From Dendrobates tinctorius (lineage: Eukaryota): a stretch of DNA of 64,000 nt. Of this stretch, positions 25,225 to 38,296 are shown one piece after another. The DNA lies in NCBI RefSeq assembly GCF_039654945.1, contig NW_027361684.1:39556001-39620000 (forward strand). The letters are read 5' to 3'. The position numbers and the translations under genes were made by a program. Below the pieces are notes generated by a model, which was given only the letters and a program-made list of their open reading frames with translations, was not told the origin of the DNA and made no database searches. Each line of letters starts with the position of its first letter. Position 1 is the first letter of the stretch.

Positions 25225-25451
25225 GTAGTTATTAACTGTTTCCTTGCAAATCTGAGGACCTTAGGGGCAGTTCCACTAGTATTTTCCTGGTATGTGTGTA
25301 CATGGAATGGGAAATGTACTTTTTGAGCACCGCTGGTGACTGAGACTGATGTGCGCACATTCTGTGTGATAAGATGCACAACACTATATGTTGGCACTAT
25401 ACAAGGACCAGTACATGCGCTCTGATTAGCGCTACTCACTTTATCTTCTAG

Positions 25452-25555
25452 GCATTCCTGCTTATGTAGTAGTGCCAAGCACAGCTGCAGCATGCAAGAA
25501 ATCTGCAATTCTTGGATATGGTGCTTTGGTTGTGGACTGTGAACCAACAGATGAG
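25452..25555 (+). CDS. srr: Serine racemase coding exon
   Basis: ctag|IPAYVVVPSTAAACKKSAILGYGA...EPTDE|gtaact. Confidence 0.95.
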
Positions 25556-25743
25556 GTAACTTCAGATATCACTGGCGCTTTCTGCCCACTCAGTGCCAGT
25601 GTACTTACTAATTATACAGTCGTGATTATACCTGTGCAAACTGTTGGACCTTATTACATTTCCAAAAGCAAATATTACTACAGTACGTAGAGCTCTGATT
25701 TTGTCATGTTGTCCTGTTGCTTATAACATATGTTGTGCCCAAG

Positions 25744-25863
25744 TCTCGAGCAGAAGTGGCAGCTAATACAGTACAGAAGACTGGGGGTGTTTTAATCCAT
25801 CCAAATCAGGATCCTGCTGTCATTGCGGGGCAAGGGACCATTGGATTCGAAATTGTACAACAG
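25744..25863 (+). CDS. srr: Serine racemase coding exon
   Basis: aag|SRAEVAA...HPNQDPAVIAGQGTIGFEIVQQ|gtaata. Confidence 0.95.
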
Positions 25864-25941
25864 GTAATATATCACAAGGATTTTTTTTTTTTTTTTTCAT
25901 GACTAATTGTAGTAGTTAATGAAAGTTGTACTAAATGGCAG

Positions 25942-26016
25942 GTGCCAGGACTGGAGGCCTTGGTCATACCCGTGGGTGGTGGTGGCATGCTGGCTGGAAT
26001 AGCTGTTGCCGTTAAG
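25942..26016 (+). CDS. srr: Serine racemase coding exon
   Basis: cag|VPGLEALVIPVGGGGMLAGIAVAVK|gtgaga. Confidence 0.95.
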
Positions 26017-27802
26017 GTGAGAGTGTAGTTTTGCTATCATCTGATTCATCGTGTGTGTATATAGCAATACACCCACAGGTGACATAAGTAATGAATTCAG
26101 GGACTGACATCTGATAACTTTATGCTCAGATTTACTATTGTTTGTTAGGTTTCTTTCACACTGCGTTCAGGCACCCGTTCATTGGCCTTGTTGGGGCTTA
26201 CATCTGCAGACGTATTCGCCGATGGGGGCATAGACTATAATGGTGTAGATAGAGCGAACGTGCGCTCTGCTGTGCATCATGTTCGGGCGTGTACTCATAC
26301 TGGAGGCGGACACTCGGATGTAGTCAAATGCATTGAGGTGTCCACATCCAGTAGGCGCATATGTCAGAAAATGATGCACGGCAGAGCACACTTTCGCCCT
26401 GCCGGCACCATCGCAGTCTATAGCTCCGTCAGTGCATATGTCCGAATCCCATTTTGTGGGCCGTAAGCGCTGACAGGGCTACCAAATGGGTGGCTGAACG
26501 CAATATGAATGCACCCCTACAAATACCTTTTCAGACGGAGGCTTGTGGGAATGATTGGCAAAGATGGTGCCAAATGAGAAACCTGACGTGTCCTACACAC
26601 GTGACTTGCAGATTTGGTGCAGAAAATATTCTGCAGCATGTAAATTCTCCCTGCGTTTTTGCTCTGCATTTTTTAACATTGACTTCACTCAAATCAGTCA
26701 AAACAACGGGGCAAAAACGTGCCTTTTTGCAGCTGCATTTTTCCTGCCAAGAACTGCAGAAATTTCTGCATCCATTTACTCAGTTTGTACACCTATCCTA
26801 AAAATGAAATCCAGATACCTTACTGTCTTGAAAGTACTTGACAGACATAGGGGTGAAAATGGCAAGCATTACAGAGATAGAGACCAGCACACTACGACTT
26901 TATGAACATCTCCCAGGAGGGAATACAGATTAGTGCAGCACGCTAGTACTGCAAAGGCTACTGAAGCCACCACAAGAGGGGGCCTTGTAGCATAGGGACG
27001 TGTATTGTTTCAGTTGGCTGTAATGGAGGCTGATGATATGTGCACTTGTAAGGTTCAGCCAGGACCGTAGTCGTGGCCGAGGACTCCGGGGCAACGGAGT
27101 CCTTGCCTCCACTCACCTAGATATAAGTTTTCTGTCAGCATACAGTACCTGTCGCTTTCTGTTATGCGCTGCACATTCTCCTCAGATGATGTGGAACAAA
27201 CAGTCACAGTCCTGTTCAATACTTGAACAATCAACTTTACTGTTTCCTTTACACAGCGCATACATATTCACTCCAGCATTAGCATCAGGGTTGGCAATGG
27301 ACATTTTCTCCTCTGTCCCTGTCTTTCCCTCTCTCCCACTAAGCTCGCTTCCAGGACGGACCGTGCTCTCCGGTCTTTCAGCATCAACTCTGCTCAGTCT
27401 TACTCCAGTAGGGGACCCTTAACCATTTAGCTCCGGTCTCAAGAATATCCACAGATGAAATAAGCTGCCACATTCTGAGTGACCTGCCCGTACTGCTTAG
27501 TCTTTTTCTGGCAACTGCAGACCCACTAATTCTTCACTGTCAGCACTTCTCCTGGTGTTACTCCCCAATGAGATACTGGCCCGAATTCTGTGTGACTGGG
27601 CTCTTGAATTTAACGTTATGGAGCCAACAGCCCTGTCAGGGCGCTCCCACCCAACTGATTCAAATTCCAGATGTTCCCTGGCTTAACAGCTGTTAGCCCC
27701 TCCTACTTTAACTATTTACAAGCTGAGAACCTCTAACCCCATCAGTGGGCAACTGGGGTAATACTTTCACTATCTATATAACGGTGTCCAGTGTTAAATA
27801 CA

Positions 27803-29283
27803 TTTCTCTATCGCTTCATTGGGGGACACAGGAAACCATGGGGTGTATGCTGCTGCCACTAGGAGGCTGACACTATGCAGAAAAAGTTAGCTCCTCCTCC
27901 GCAGTGTACACCCTACCGACAGGAAGTAGGATGTTCCAAAAATTTTTCTTGCATGGAGACATGGGTTTTCGCCTATCGTTCCTATCTAAGGTTTCATTTG
28001 GCTTTCGGTTTCACGAGCGAAATTATCCCCAAAGTAGTCCCTCACCAACTTTCCGTTCTTTCCATGTGGCTCCAATAGGCCAAATCATTGAGGTCACTGG
28101 AAGGACAAGCGCTCTCCTTCCTCAGGCTAAACCTCGTCATTATTCAGCGCTTTTTTCCTTTGGGGATCTAGGTTTGAGTCCATACTTGTTTTTCTCAGGA
28201 ACAAATTTTCTTCGTTCAGCATTTGCCTCCTGTGAATCGCATGATTTTCCCTTGTTCCATGAAGCTCTTATCCAGGTCCTGATTTCTTCAGGACTTTGGC
28301 GATATCTGCCTTTGCAACAGACGGGTTCCTTTTCCTTCCAGTTGGTAGCCTGTCCTGTCAGACTCTCAACCACCCTTGGGGTCTCACAGAGCCTGTTGCA
28401 CCCATGGTGCACTTCTGTGGATCAAGGGTCCACTCTCCATCATTCTAAATTCCCTTTCTTTCGTCTGCCTCGAAATTTTACTTCGTGACGCTCTCGCATC
28501 AGGCTACCTTGCCACCGCAACGGTACTTATCAAGCTCCGGCTTGAAGTGTACAGGTCCTCTGGCCTCCAGGTCAGCGTCTGCTCGCGGAATCTGGTCGGC
28601 ATTAGTAGGGTTGCCGGCTCAGAAAGGACTGCGTTCTTTTGAGTATGATGCACTCTGCCCGGGCAGTGTGTGTCCTCCTGGCGGTACTCTTTGGGCCTTC
28701 GTCTGGCACCTCTGCAGTGCGATGATATGTCCTCCACAGGTCCATGAGGTTTTCTTCAGAGCCCATGCCTAGCTTCGGCAAGTGCCGGTCGGGGTAAAAG
28801 ACCTCGCAAGTGACCTTGCAGGTGACGAGGGTGACTTCCTCGTCCTGATTGGAGTTGTTTGCTGTTCCCTCCCCTTGGGGACTGCTTTGGGACGTCCCAT
28901 GGTTTCCTGTGTCCCCCAATGAAGCGATAGAGAAAACAGGATTTTTAGTTGCTTACCGTAAAATCTGTTTCTCTGAGCCTTCATTGGGGGACACAGCACC
29001 CTCCCAAGTTGAACAGCTCGGTTACTGCATAATATTGTTACAGTGTGGATTTGTGTTTTCTGTGTTTTTATCTCGTCCACAGTTTTACTTCTACTGCTTT
29101 CTCACTAACTGAGCATCCTACTTTCTATCGGTGGGGTGTACACTGCGGAGGAGGAGCTAACTTTTTTTTTTTCTGCATAATGTCAGCCTCCTAGTGGCAG
29201 CAGCATACACCCCATGGTTTCCTGTGTCCCCCAATGAAGGCTCAGAGAAACAGATTTTACGGTAAGCAACTAAAAATCCTGTT
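27803..29283 (+). mobile_element. Non-autonomous mini-DIRS (inverted LTRs, ICR, decayed recombinase remnant)
   Basis: Left LTR tttctctatcgcttcattggggg...; inverted right LTR ~29112-29250 plus extension; ICR ~28897-28997 complementary to both termini. Confidence 0.88.
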
Positions 29284-30028
29284 ATAACGTAGAAGGGAAA
29301 GGGTACATAACATCCTGCATCAAATTATTTATATATATAAATATATATATATTTATGTACACTTACGGACACTCCTTTGTGTCCCTTACACAGTAATTGA
29401 GGTCCCTCTAATGACCGCTACAGGCAGACCGCATATCTCACAATGTTTTTGCTGCCCCATCTGAGAGCAGGATAAAGAAGGGGCATAGATCTAAATTCCA
29501 GTACGGGGTCACTTACTGGGCTTCTTGCTGTAGTTTAGATAAGATTCTGTTCTATTATTATTTAGAACTCTTCTAGTCCTGTTGATGTAGTCTCTAATTT
29601 TTATGAGCTCCCACTATACTCCACCATTGATCGGCAGATTTTTGCCTATGCACAGTGCAGGTAGAAAGTTGTCAAATAGTGAGATGGGGCTAGTGAGAGC
29701 TCTTCTTTGAGAGGACTGGCAGATAAAGGTGATTTTTGTCAAAACTACAGCAAGAAGCCCAGTAAGTTACCCAGCGTCCATGTCTGTTTGTCCCTATTTT
29801 AGGCTGTTTTCAGATTATGCCAACAGGTTTATGCTTCCCATTCAATGAAAGCATTTGGTATTTAATGGTTGTGTATAGAGTAGCGAGGGATTTCCCTGCA
29901 AAGTACGTTTCTCGTGCATCCGTGCAGGGTGGCAACGTATATGACATGGCCATCATTAGCCAGGACATATCTCAGCCTGGATCGCAGTTACAGCTGCATT
30001 CATAACCTTAATTCCAGTCTCCTTTCAA

Positions 30029-30224
30029 GGCCGGGGTCACACTTGTGAGAAACTTGCACGAGTCTCGCGTCTCAATACCCGACACTGCCGCCGGCACTCG
30101 TGACCGGAGTGTGCGGCTGCATGTATTTCTATGCAGCTGAACGCTCCGGTCCGAGTGCTGGCGGCAGTGCCGGGTATTGAGACGGGAGACTCGTGCGAGT
30201 TTCTTGCAAGTGTGACCCCTGACC
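30029..30224. mobile_element. Harbinger-type hairpin MITE
   Basis: ggccggggtcacacttg...caagtgtgacccctgacc|taa. Confidence 0.7.
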
Positions 30225-30328
30225 TAAAGCTGAGACCCACCAAACGGAATAAAAGGCAATCAGAAAGTATTGATGCCAAAAATGATCAAACCTAAAATTA
30301 CGGTTCATCTGGCTAAAAACAAACCCAT

Positions 30329-31092
30329 TGTGAGGTAGCGCTGTCATTCAAGTAGGGGATACTCACTCAGCAGCCACAAAAGCAGATCCGGCACAGGATT
30401 TCCATAAAATCATAACAGTCCATGCGGTTTATTTAGCAGCATAAACCCACAGAAGCAACAAACTCCATATAACAGCATAGCGTCCATTATAGCTTCACTC
30501 TGTTAGCAATGTCCAGTACGCAGGCTTTTCAGCCTCACAGTTATATCTCACCCCGTCAGGGTTCTCTCATGGCTGCTTCTCCATACTGCAGACATTCATT
30601 CCCTCCAGGGAACTCTCAGGCACTTGCAGCCATTACTCACAGCGTCCACACGTGCTGTCAGGCAGGAAGCCCCATCTCAGGGGGGACCTTCCACACTGGA
30701 CCAACTGGGTCCAAGCATTCACCCCATGTGACCTACCCTGGCCACATTATGTGGTCCATAGCCACGCCCACCGGGTCACATGCCTCTGACCTCATCACAG
30801 GTCCTTCAAGCATTTACACCCTCTTTGCAACAGTGTTCTTTAAACACACCCCCTGGGTGGGTTTGTAGGTAACCAGGCTCTCCCATCTCTCTAGTTACCT
30901 GGAGACTTCTCCCTGACACATTGAAGCAACACCTCAGCAATGTAATTGCTGATCCACACACATACATAAGTCTCCATCTCAAGGCCACCCACCTTGAGAT
31001 ACATAACGGTCATTCAGTATCTTGCCATTCATCCACTCTCCTGGGACATCCATACAGCGCCCCCTAGTGGACACAGTGGTCACTACACCACA
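30329..31092. mobile_element. Possible solo LTR (ends ambiguous)
   Basis: tgtgaggtag...ctacaccaca imperfect inverted TG/CA ends; alternative boundaries 30331-30918 with cattg direct repeats. Confidence 0.4.
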
Positions 31093-31590
31093 CCACATAC
31101 ACATCCACTGCTCCCAGAATTTAAAAGTTATAGCTTTTAGGATAGGACATGGGATTTTATTGTGAGAAAGTAATGCAATGATAAACAATGCATATTTAGT
31201 AATGACTTAAGCTGAAAGATCAGCATGCTATTTATCCCGTCCAGTGAAACCATTTGAAAAAAAATGCTAGATGAGATCTTTTTAATGTCGCATTGTTTCA
31301 CATAGATAAAAGCGATCAAAAACTTACATACCCCAAAGTAGTACAAATAAAAACAACTCGTCGTACAAAAAATAAGCCCCTCTGGAGCTGTATCAACAGA
31401 AAAATAGAATAAAGATAGTTAACTGAAATATTCATTTCCTGCCATCTGTAGGTAGCACAGCATGAGTTAAGGTGACTTCCCCTACTTGCAAGCAAAAGAT
31501 TAATTAGCAGTAAATTAACATACCAAAGATATTAGCACTCTTTAAAGCTCCCACCAATAAGCCGATTGTATGCAGCAATAAGTTTATTAG

Positions 31591-32140
31591 TAAATACACT
31601 TGTCACAATAACGAGATAACACTTCAAAAGCAACTTAGAAAAAACACTACCTGAGATATTTGATCTCCAGTTAACACCCCAAGGAAGAAGCTTGGCGAAA
31701 TGGTGGTGTCGAGGTGGTAGCCGAGACACCTGCAGATATCACATTCATACAAATGTAAGTAAGAATATACTGGGCACTTTAAGCAGACTATCTACTTATA
31801 ATATGATTGACTGATAATAATTATATCTAAATAACAGAACCTCTGGGGTATATGGGCACTTAAACTTTATTTTATTACCATACAAAGTTCTGTATTGAGC
31901 ACTCTATTTTTACTATGAGCTCTCTCATCTTTATACCAGAGTCTCTTTGTGCATTTCTCCATTTTCTTACTGTACATATACTATGGCATGATGTCTGCAT
32001 GCTACAATTGGGTATTCCCTGCATATTGTTACACTTTCTTAATTTTTATGAAATGTTATAATAAAGAATTAATATTCTAAACTATATAGCATATGGGCCT
32101 TCTTAACCAGAGATCAAATATCTCAGGTAGTGTTTTTTCT
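31591..32140. mobile_element. Decayed Penelope-like insertion
   Basis: 14-bp direct repeat aataagtttattag at 31577 and 32141; 31-bp inverted repeat ~31638/32110; eroded hammerhead-like gaagaagc..gcgaaa..gtc near 31675-31716. Confidence 0.5.
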
Positions 32141-32489
32141 AATAAGTTTATTAGAAAGGAAACATATTATACCTATGGACATCAGGAAATAAAAATTTTA
32201 AGTAGCAAATTACATTATTTTACTGGCTGTCCCATAGCAGCATAGTCTGGGAATTGAGAAGTAAATAAGAATTGAAAGCGCTGCAATTTTCAGCACTATT
32301 TTGCCAAAGGATGAGTTCCTAGTCTGTAATATTTGATAAATGTTTATGGAGTTGTCCATGTGGCAGCTCTGCAGAGCTATTCCAGAGAAATATATAGTTG
32401 GATTCTGCCCAGGATATTGACACATGTAGAATGAGCTCTAATATGAAAAGGAGGTTCGAGACCTTTCATGTTATAACAATAGATAATGA

Positions 32490-35400
32490 TGTTTTATGAC
32501 CACCTGGAAAGGATAGCAACAAGAGAGCTGCTAATTCTGAGAGCCATCTGATGGAAGTAATCGCAACCAAACAGGCCAGCCGTCCAGGAGAGAAGGGAAG
32601 ACACAATGTCCTGAATGGATTTACAGGGGGATCTCTGAAGGATTCTAAAAAAGGTCCCATGGGTCCACAGGGGGACAATAAGTTGGCGCTAGGCGAGCAA
32701 CTCCTTTGAAGGAAGGTCTTTTACCTGGGGACAAGAGGCCAAATTAGGTTGAAACATAAATGAGAGTGCAGAGACCTGACCTTTGTGTGTACTAAGAGAC
32801 AAATTCTATCCCTGATTGTAAGAACGCCAGGATAGAAGGAAGGGAAAAAGAAACGGGAGCCATGTGGCTTCTTCCACACCAGCGAAAGAAAGACTTCCAG
32901 GTCCGTTGATAAATGCTTGAGGACGAGGGTTTCTTTTCTCTAATCATGGTCTGTATGCCCTGGGACGAGAAGCCTCCCCCTTCAGGACTGCACCTTTAAC
33001 GGCCATGCCATTAAATTGACAGAGTGAGAATTCTGGTTGAATAGGGGACCCTGAGAGAGTCTGAGAGTTTCCAGGGTACATCTGTGAGTCGGTTGACTAA
33101 CTCTGCATACCAGGTGTCACAATTCCTCCGCTCAGTGAATGATTGCTATCGAAACTGTCTTGCTGAGCTGTCTGTGTCTTGATTGACAGCTTGGTTGTCC
33201 AATACTGTGATGGGCTTTCTGGGCTGATGGTACCTTGATTGACAGCTTTGCTGTCCAATCTGTGTCTTGGGTGTGTGGGACTTTCTGCAGGTGTTCAGTG
33301 TTCTGTTATTCGCATAGCTACTTAACTGAGCTGTGTGCCCCTGATACCTGCCAGACGTAGTTTGTGCTTCTCGGTGACTGTTAACCTGATTCTGTTGCTC
33401 TGAGTTCTGATCTTTTGCTGCCTGACCCTTTGGACAGTGTTCTGACTATCCATTTGTCTTGTCCTTTGGCTTTTGATCTGCTATCTCTTGTTATTTACTG
33501 TGACCTGACTTACTCCTTCGTCTTTTCCCTTGGTTATCTACGTACTCTCTCGGTATTGACCCCGGAATGTCTGACTCTTGTGCCTCACAGCCTGTCCGTG
33601 AGTAGTGTCTAGTATCACACCAGGCTCTTTTGGGCCAGTCTGGAGCCATTAGGATGACTGGAACGCCTTCCGTCTTGATCTTCTTGGCAAGTCTGGGGAT
33701 CGGGAAGAGAGGTGGAAAAAGGTACAGAAATTGAAATTGAGACCATGGAATGACCAGAGCATAAGGTGATCGTAAGCTCTGGCCAGGAAAGAGGGACCTT
33801 GTGATTCATCCGAGACACCATTGGATCGACTTCTGGAGTGCCCCATCTCTGACAGATCTGATCTAACACCGCTTGCCCGAGAAGAGGTCCTGATGATTTA
33901 GGAAGTTGGCAGTTCGGTTGTCCACGCCTGGAATGTTCACCGCTGATATTGCTGACACGTGCTGCTCTGCCCATGCCAGAATCCGTGAGACCTCTTAAAT
34001 GATTGACTAGCTGAGTATCCCGCCCTGGTGGTTTGTGTGCCACAGCCATGGTATTGTCGGATTGAATGCGAACTGGTCAGCTCGCTAGAAGGTCCTGCCA
34101 GTTGAGAAGAGACGGGTAGTTGGCCCTGATCTCCAGAAGGTTGATGGGAAGAGAGGTTGAAGTATGGAGAGATCTAGGGAAGGGATCATTTTGTCCTAGG
34201 ATGACAGGAGGGCCAGTTGGAGGGGATGGGCTTGAAACTGTGCAAAAAGGACTTCTTCCATCATGGCAATTATCTTCTCGTCTTCCCTGGAAGATGAGCT
34301 GACCACCTAAAGAATCTTGATCCTTGGAAGGGGAGATTGGTAAGGGACTTTTTGGAGGCCGGGTCCGCATTCCAGGTCTTGAGCCAGAGCATTCTGCGTA
34401 TGGCTACAATATTGCTAATAACACGGGCTAAACAGCTGGCGACATCAAGAAATGTGGTGAGCAAATATTTACTTGTATGGGCAATCTGATCAGCCAGTTC
34501 ATCAAGTGAGACCTCTGATACGATGCCCTGACGAAGGAGTTTTGCCCAGGCGAAAGCGAAGTCGGGACAGAGAGTCACCAGAAGCAAAGGCGGAATTGGC
34601 TAGGGCCTCTGTCTGTCCGTCAGTGGAATTTCTCTCTCTCAGGGACTGACAGGATTGTTTTTGCGGACAAGGCGGGTCAACTTCCGAGGATTCTGCCCAT
34701 TTGCTGATGAGGCCAAAGCCAAAAGGATATAGGACATTTAAATGCTTTCTACCTGAGAAGTGCTTTTCCAGGTGCTCCCTGTGTTTTGTAAAAATTCCCT
34801 AAAATTCCTTGTGTTTTTAAAACCCCTGGGGAGGGCATTTTGACTTTTTTAATGAGACTAAGTGATCTGAGGAAGGACAGGCCCTCCTTCTCAATATTAA
34901 TGGTCTGATTTGACGGCAGATATGAGACAATCATCCATATCGTAGAGTTTGGAAGTTTGGTCCATGTCAAGCTCAGATTCTGACTGGGAATCAAGGTCTG
35001 ACTTCAAGGGAATCCTGCAAGATGGGGAAGGATAAGAGGAACCAGATGAGGAAGTGGAATGCGCCCGCTTCGTAGACGTTAATCCTTGATCTTCCATGCT
35101 GAGGGTAATGGGTGGCGCCTGCGACTTGTTCTGAGAAACTATCAGTGCACTGGTGGGTGTTGAAAGGTTAGGTAAAATAGTAACAGCCCACTTTGGGGGA
35201 GGGGGTCCCAGGCGGCAGGGGGCTTGTGTTAGGCTTGCATGGTAGAAGGGTTGCAATTTGGGGAGAAAGCAGAGGCCTGACCTGTAGGCCACTTCATTTT
35301 GCAGCGGGCACAGGTGTAGTGAATGACCGTTTGGGAGGGACGGGAGCAAGACTACCTAGGTCTGTGTACATGTATAGGCCTGGGGCTGAGGTGGGTTGCT

Positions 35401-35620
35401 AAGGAGGGAAGAAAAAAAAAAACAGCCTGTACAGAGCCTACCTGGTCTTGGATGCAGATAACCTCGTGTGAACGAGTCTGTTCCCCTATTGGGAAAGGGA
35501 CAGGTCCTGCAGAAAACAATTCCTTGGAGTGGAGCCGTGACTGGAGATGTAACACCGCCGGAGGTAGAGAAGGAAGGGGCGAGCCCAAACAAGGCGCTGA
35601 AAGCCCACGCTGTGGAAATT
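32490..35620 (-). mobile_element. DIRS1-like retrotransposon, heavily decayed, RT largely deleted
   Basis: Recombinase (VAITSIRWLSELAAL), methyltransferase-like (WGTPEVDPMVSRMNHKV), RNase H (PINLLEIRA), gag (AIRRMLWLKTWNADPASKKSLTNLPF). Confidence 0.8.
33115..33619. mobile_element. Solo LTR nested in DIRS
   Basis: ccagg|TGtcac...atcaCA|ccagg; perfect 5-bp TSD. Confidence 0.85.
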
Positions 35621-35649
35621 TGACTTTTAATACCATCTTTATGCTGATG

Positions 35650-36730
35650 ACACAATTATACACCTTACACCTGCTATGCTACAGAACACCAGTGAATGTC
35701 CGCAGTTTCCAACATCATGTCCGCTCTATATCTGAAACTCGACCTTTCCAAAACTGAACAACTTCTGCTCCTGCTGTCTTCTGACCTCCCTAAATGTTAT
35801 ATCTCCTTTTGTGGGTGGCACCATAATAATGCCCCGGCAGCAGGCGTGTTGTCTGGCTGTTTCGTTTGACACCAATCTTTCATTCACCTCTTGTATTCAA
35901 TCTCTTGGCCGTTCTTGTCGCTTGCACCTGAAGAACATCTCTAGAATCTGCCACTTTCTCTACATGGAAACAAAAAAAAACCTGCACTGTTGCCCTGATC
36001 CTCTCCCGCCTTGACTACTGTAATACTCTTAATTAACTCATTCAACTTTCCCCTCGCCAGTCCATCCTTAATGCAGCAGCCAGGGTCATGTATTTGGCTA
36101 ATCGTTACTCAGATGCCTCCGCTCTGTGTCAGTCATTGCACTGGCTGCCCATACATTACAAGGTCCAATTTAAATTCCTTGTTCTCACCTACAAAGCTCT
36201 TCACTGTACGGCACCCCCTACATCTCCTCTCTTATTCCTGTTAATCAGCCTACCTGTTCTCTACACTCCGCAAGGGAATTTCGACTAACATCCACACTAA
36301 TCCCACTCCCAGGTCTAAGCTTCTCCCGAGTTGCACCAATTCTTTTGAATGCTCTACCCCAACAAAATTAGGACTAACCACAACTTAGTTTTAAAATGTT
36401 CTCTAAAAACACATCTGTTTAGGACTGCCTATCAAGCTCCCTAGTCAGTCTTTTTTTATATACAGCCCATTCACTATTTCTCTGAACATAATTTTCCATC
36501 AAACTCCACCACACCCAAAAGAACTACTATCCCCCATTACCTTAAGATGGCTGGACCATCATTGTAAATAAGCACCAGTACTTTTTCTCCTCCACCGCAT
36601 TTTAGATTACCAGCAGGGTCATTATTTTTGCTTTAGTTATTGTATTAACTTTAACTGTTACTTATGACTGTTGTATATGAATCTCTGAATTCTAAAGCCC
36701 TGCGGAATATGATAGCACTATATAAATATT
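35650..36730 (+). mobile_element. L2/CR1-clade LINE 3' fragment
   Basis: SALCQSLHWLPIHYKVQFK; tail ctgcggaatatgatagcactatataaat. Confidence 0.7.
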
Positions 36731-36845
36731 GTTGCCACCATCTTAAATATTTCTTTGTATCTACTGAAATTAGATGCTCCTGATCAATAATACTTTTTTC
36801 CAGGCTTTCCTCAGCTTTCTCATTTCTTCAGAATTTCCCACTTAA

Positions 36846-37561
36846 AGGGAACCTGTCAGCAGGATTGTGCACAGTAACCTACAGACAGTGTCAGGTCGAC
36901 ACCGTTATGCTGATTAAAATGATACCTTTGATGAAATCCGCCTTGTGCTTTTTTAATCCTTATTTTCAGTTTTTAGTTGATATACTCGTGTCCTATGGCG
37001 GAGTTGGTGTATGTGGTGCTCTGATTAGATATTCATAATGCAAACAGCTGACAGGGGACCTCCATTTTGTTGTAGTGTAAATTTTTTTTTTGGCTGCAGC
37101 AACAAGGGGCAGGCAGAGGCGCTTGCACAGTAGCATCTATTGGTAAGCGATAGATGCTAGTTCGCAGCCGACGGCGCCATTTTGATGGTGGTGGTTTTTC
37201 TTTTCAAATCAGCAGTATAATAGGCACTAACTGACAAGTGACAGTGGGCAGGCGTTGCCATTTTGATGAAGTGACATGTTATTTTTCAAATAAACACATT
37301 AGTGTATTCATTATGCAAACTAGGGGGCAGGTCAGTGAGAGATCAGTGACTTGTCAGCAGTCTGCATTATGAATATCTAATCAGAGCACCACATGCTCCA
37401 ACCCCGCCTTAGGACGCGAGCATATCATTAACTAAAAATGGAAAATAAAGATTAAAAAAGCAGCACAAGACGGATTTCATCAACAAAGGTAACATTTTAA
37501 TCTGTATAACGGCGCCAACCTGACACTGTAGGTTATGCACAATGCTGCTGACAGGTTCCCT
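36846..37561. mobile_element. T2/Kolobok-type foldback MITE
   Basis: ttaa|agggaacctgtcagcag...ctgctgacaggttccct|ttac with long inverted arms. Confidence 0.85.
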
Positions 37562-37579
37562 TTACGTTTTCTGAAGTTG

Positions 37580-38258
37580 GTTCATGCCCAAATCAGAACA
37601 GGTATAAAGTCCTCAGGATCGGCATAGCCCTTCTTAGGGTGGTCACTGGGTTTTTTATTTTGTCTTCGGCAAGAAAAGAGGTTTGACTTTTTTGGTTTAG
37701 CAAAATTCCCAGGAATGTTTGCATCTGTTCTAGATTTGACTTGACTTGTTTTATCACTTTTTTTCCAATCTGCTTCTGATTTCCCTACAACTAGGAAGTT
37801 GTCTTCGTAGGGAATGAATAAAATCTTTCTCTTATTTGAGCGGACATCTCTGCCATTAACTTTGTGAACGTCTTTGGATAGGCCAAAGGGGAGGACCTGG
37901 AATTGTAGATGTTTTAAGCATCCCTTAATGTTGAGTGCTGCCCTTAGATGCTTTTGATAAATAGGCATGTGGTATAGGCATTTCGGAGGTCTATAGTGAC
38001 CATAAAACATCCTGGAAATAAGTTTTACTGTCTACTCGATTTGTTTCTATTTTGAAATGTTTGGGCACCAGATATTGATCAGATTTTTTTATATTTATAA
38101 TCCTTCTGAAAGATGGTCTTTTTTTTTTTTTTTTTTCTCCCTTGGAGAGGACTGTATAACCCCTTATTCCTCGTCTTATTCTGGAACGTGAACATCACCC
38201 CCTTCTCTATAGGGGACACTACTTCTCATTCTAAGGCTCTTTGATTTACCCGAGGGCC

Positions 38259-38296
<38 letters not shown>

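Noticed and set aside
26820-29390. Possible solo LTR hosting the mini-DIRS
   Set aside because: LTR-like composition, but no matching termini or TSD could be fixed
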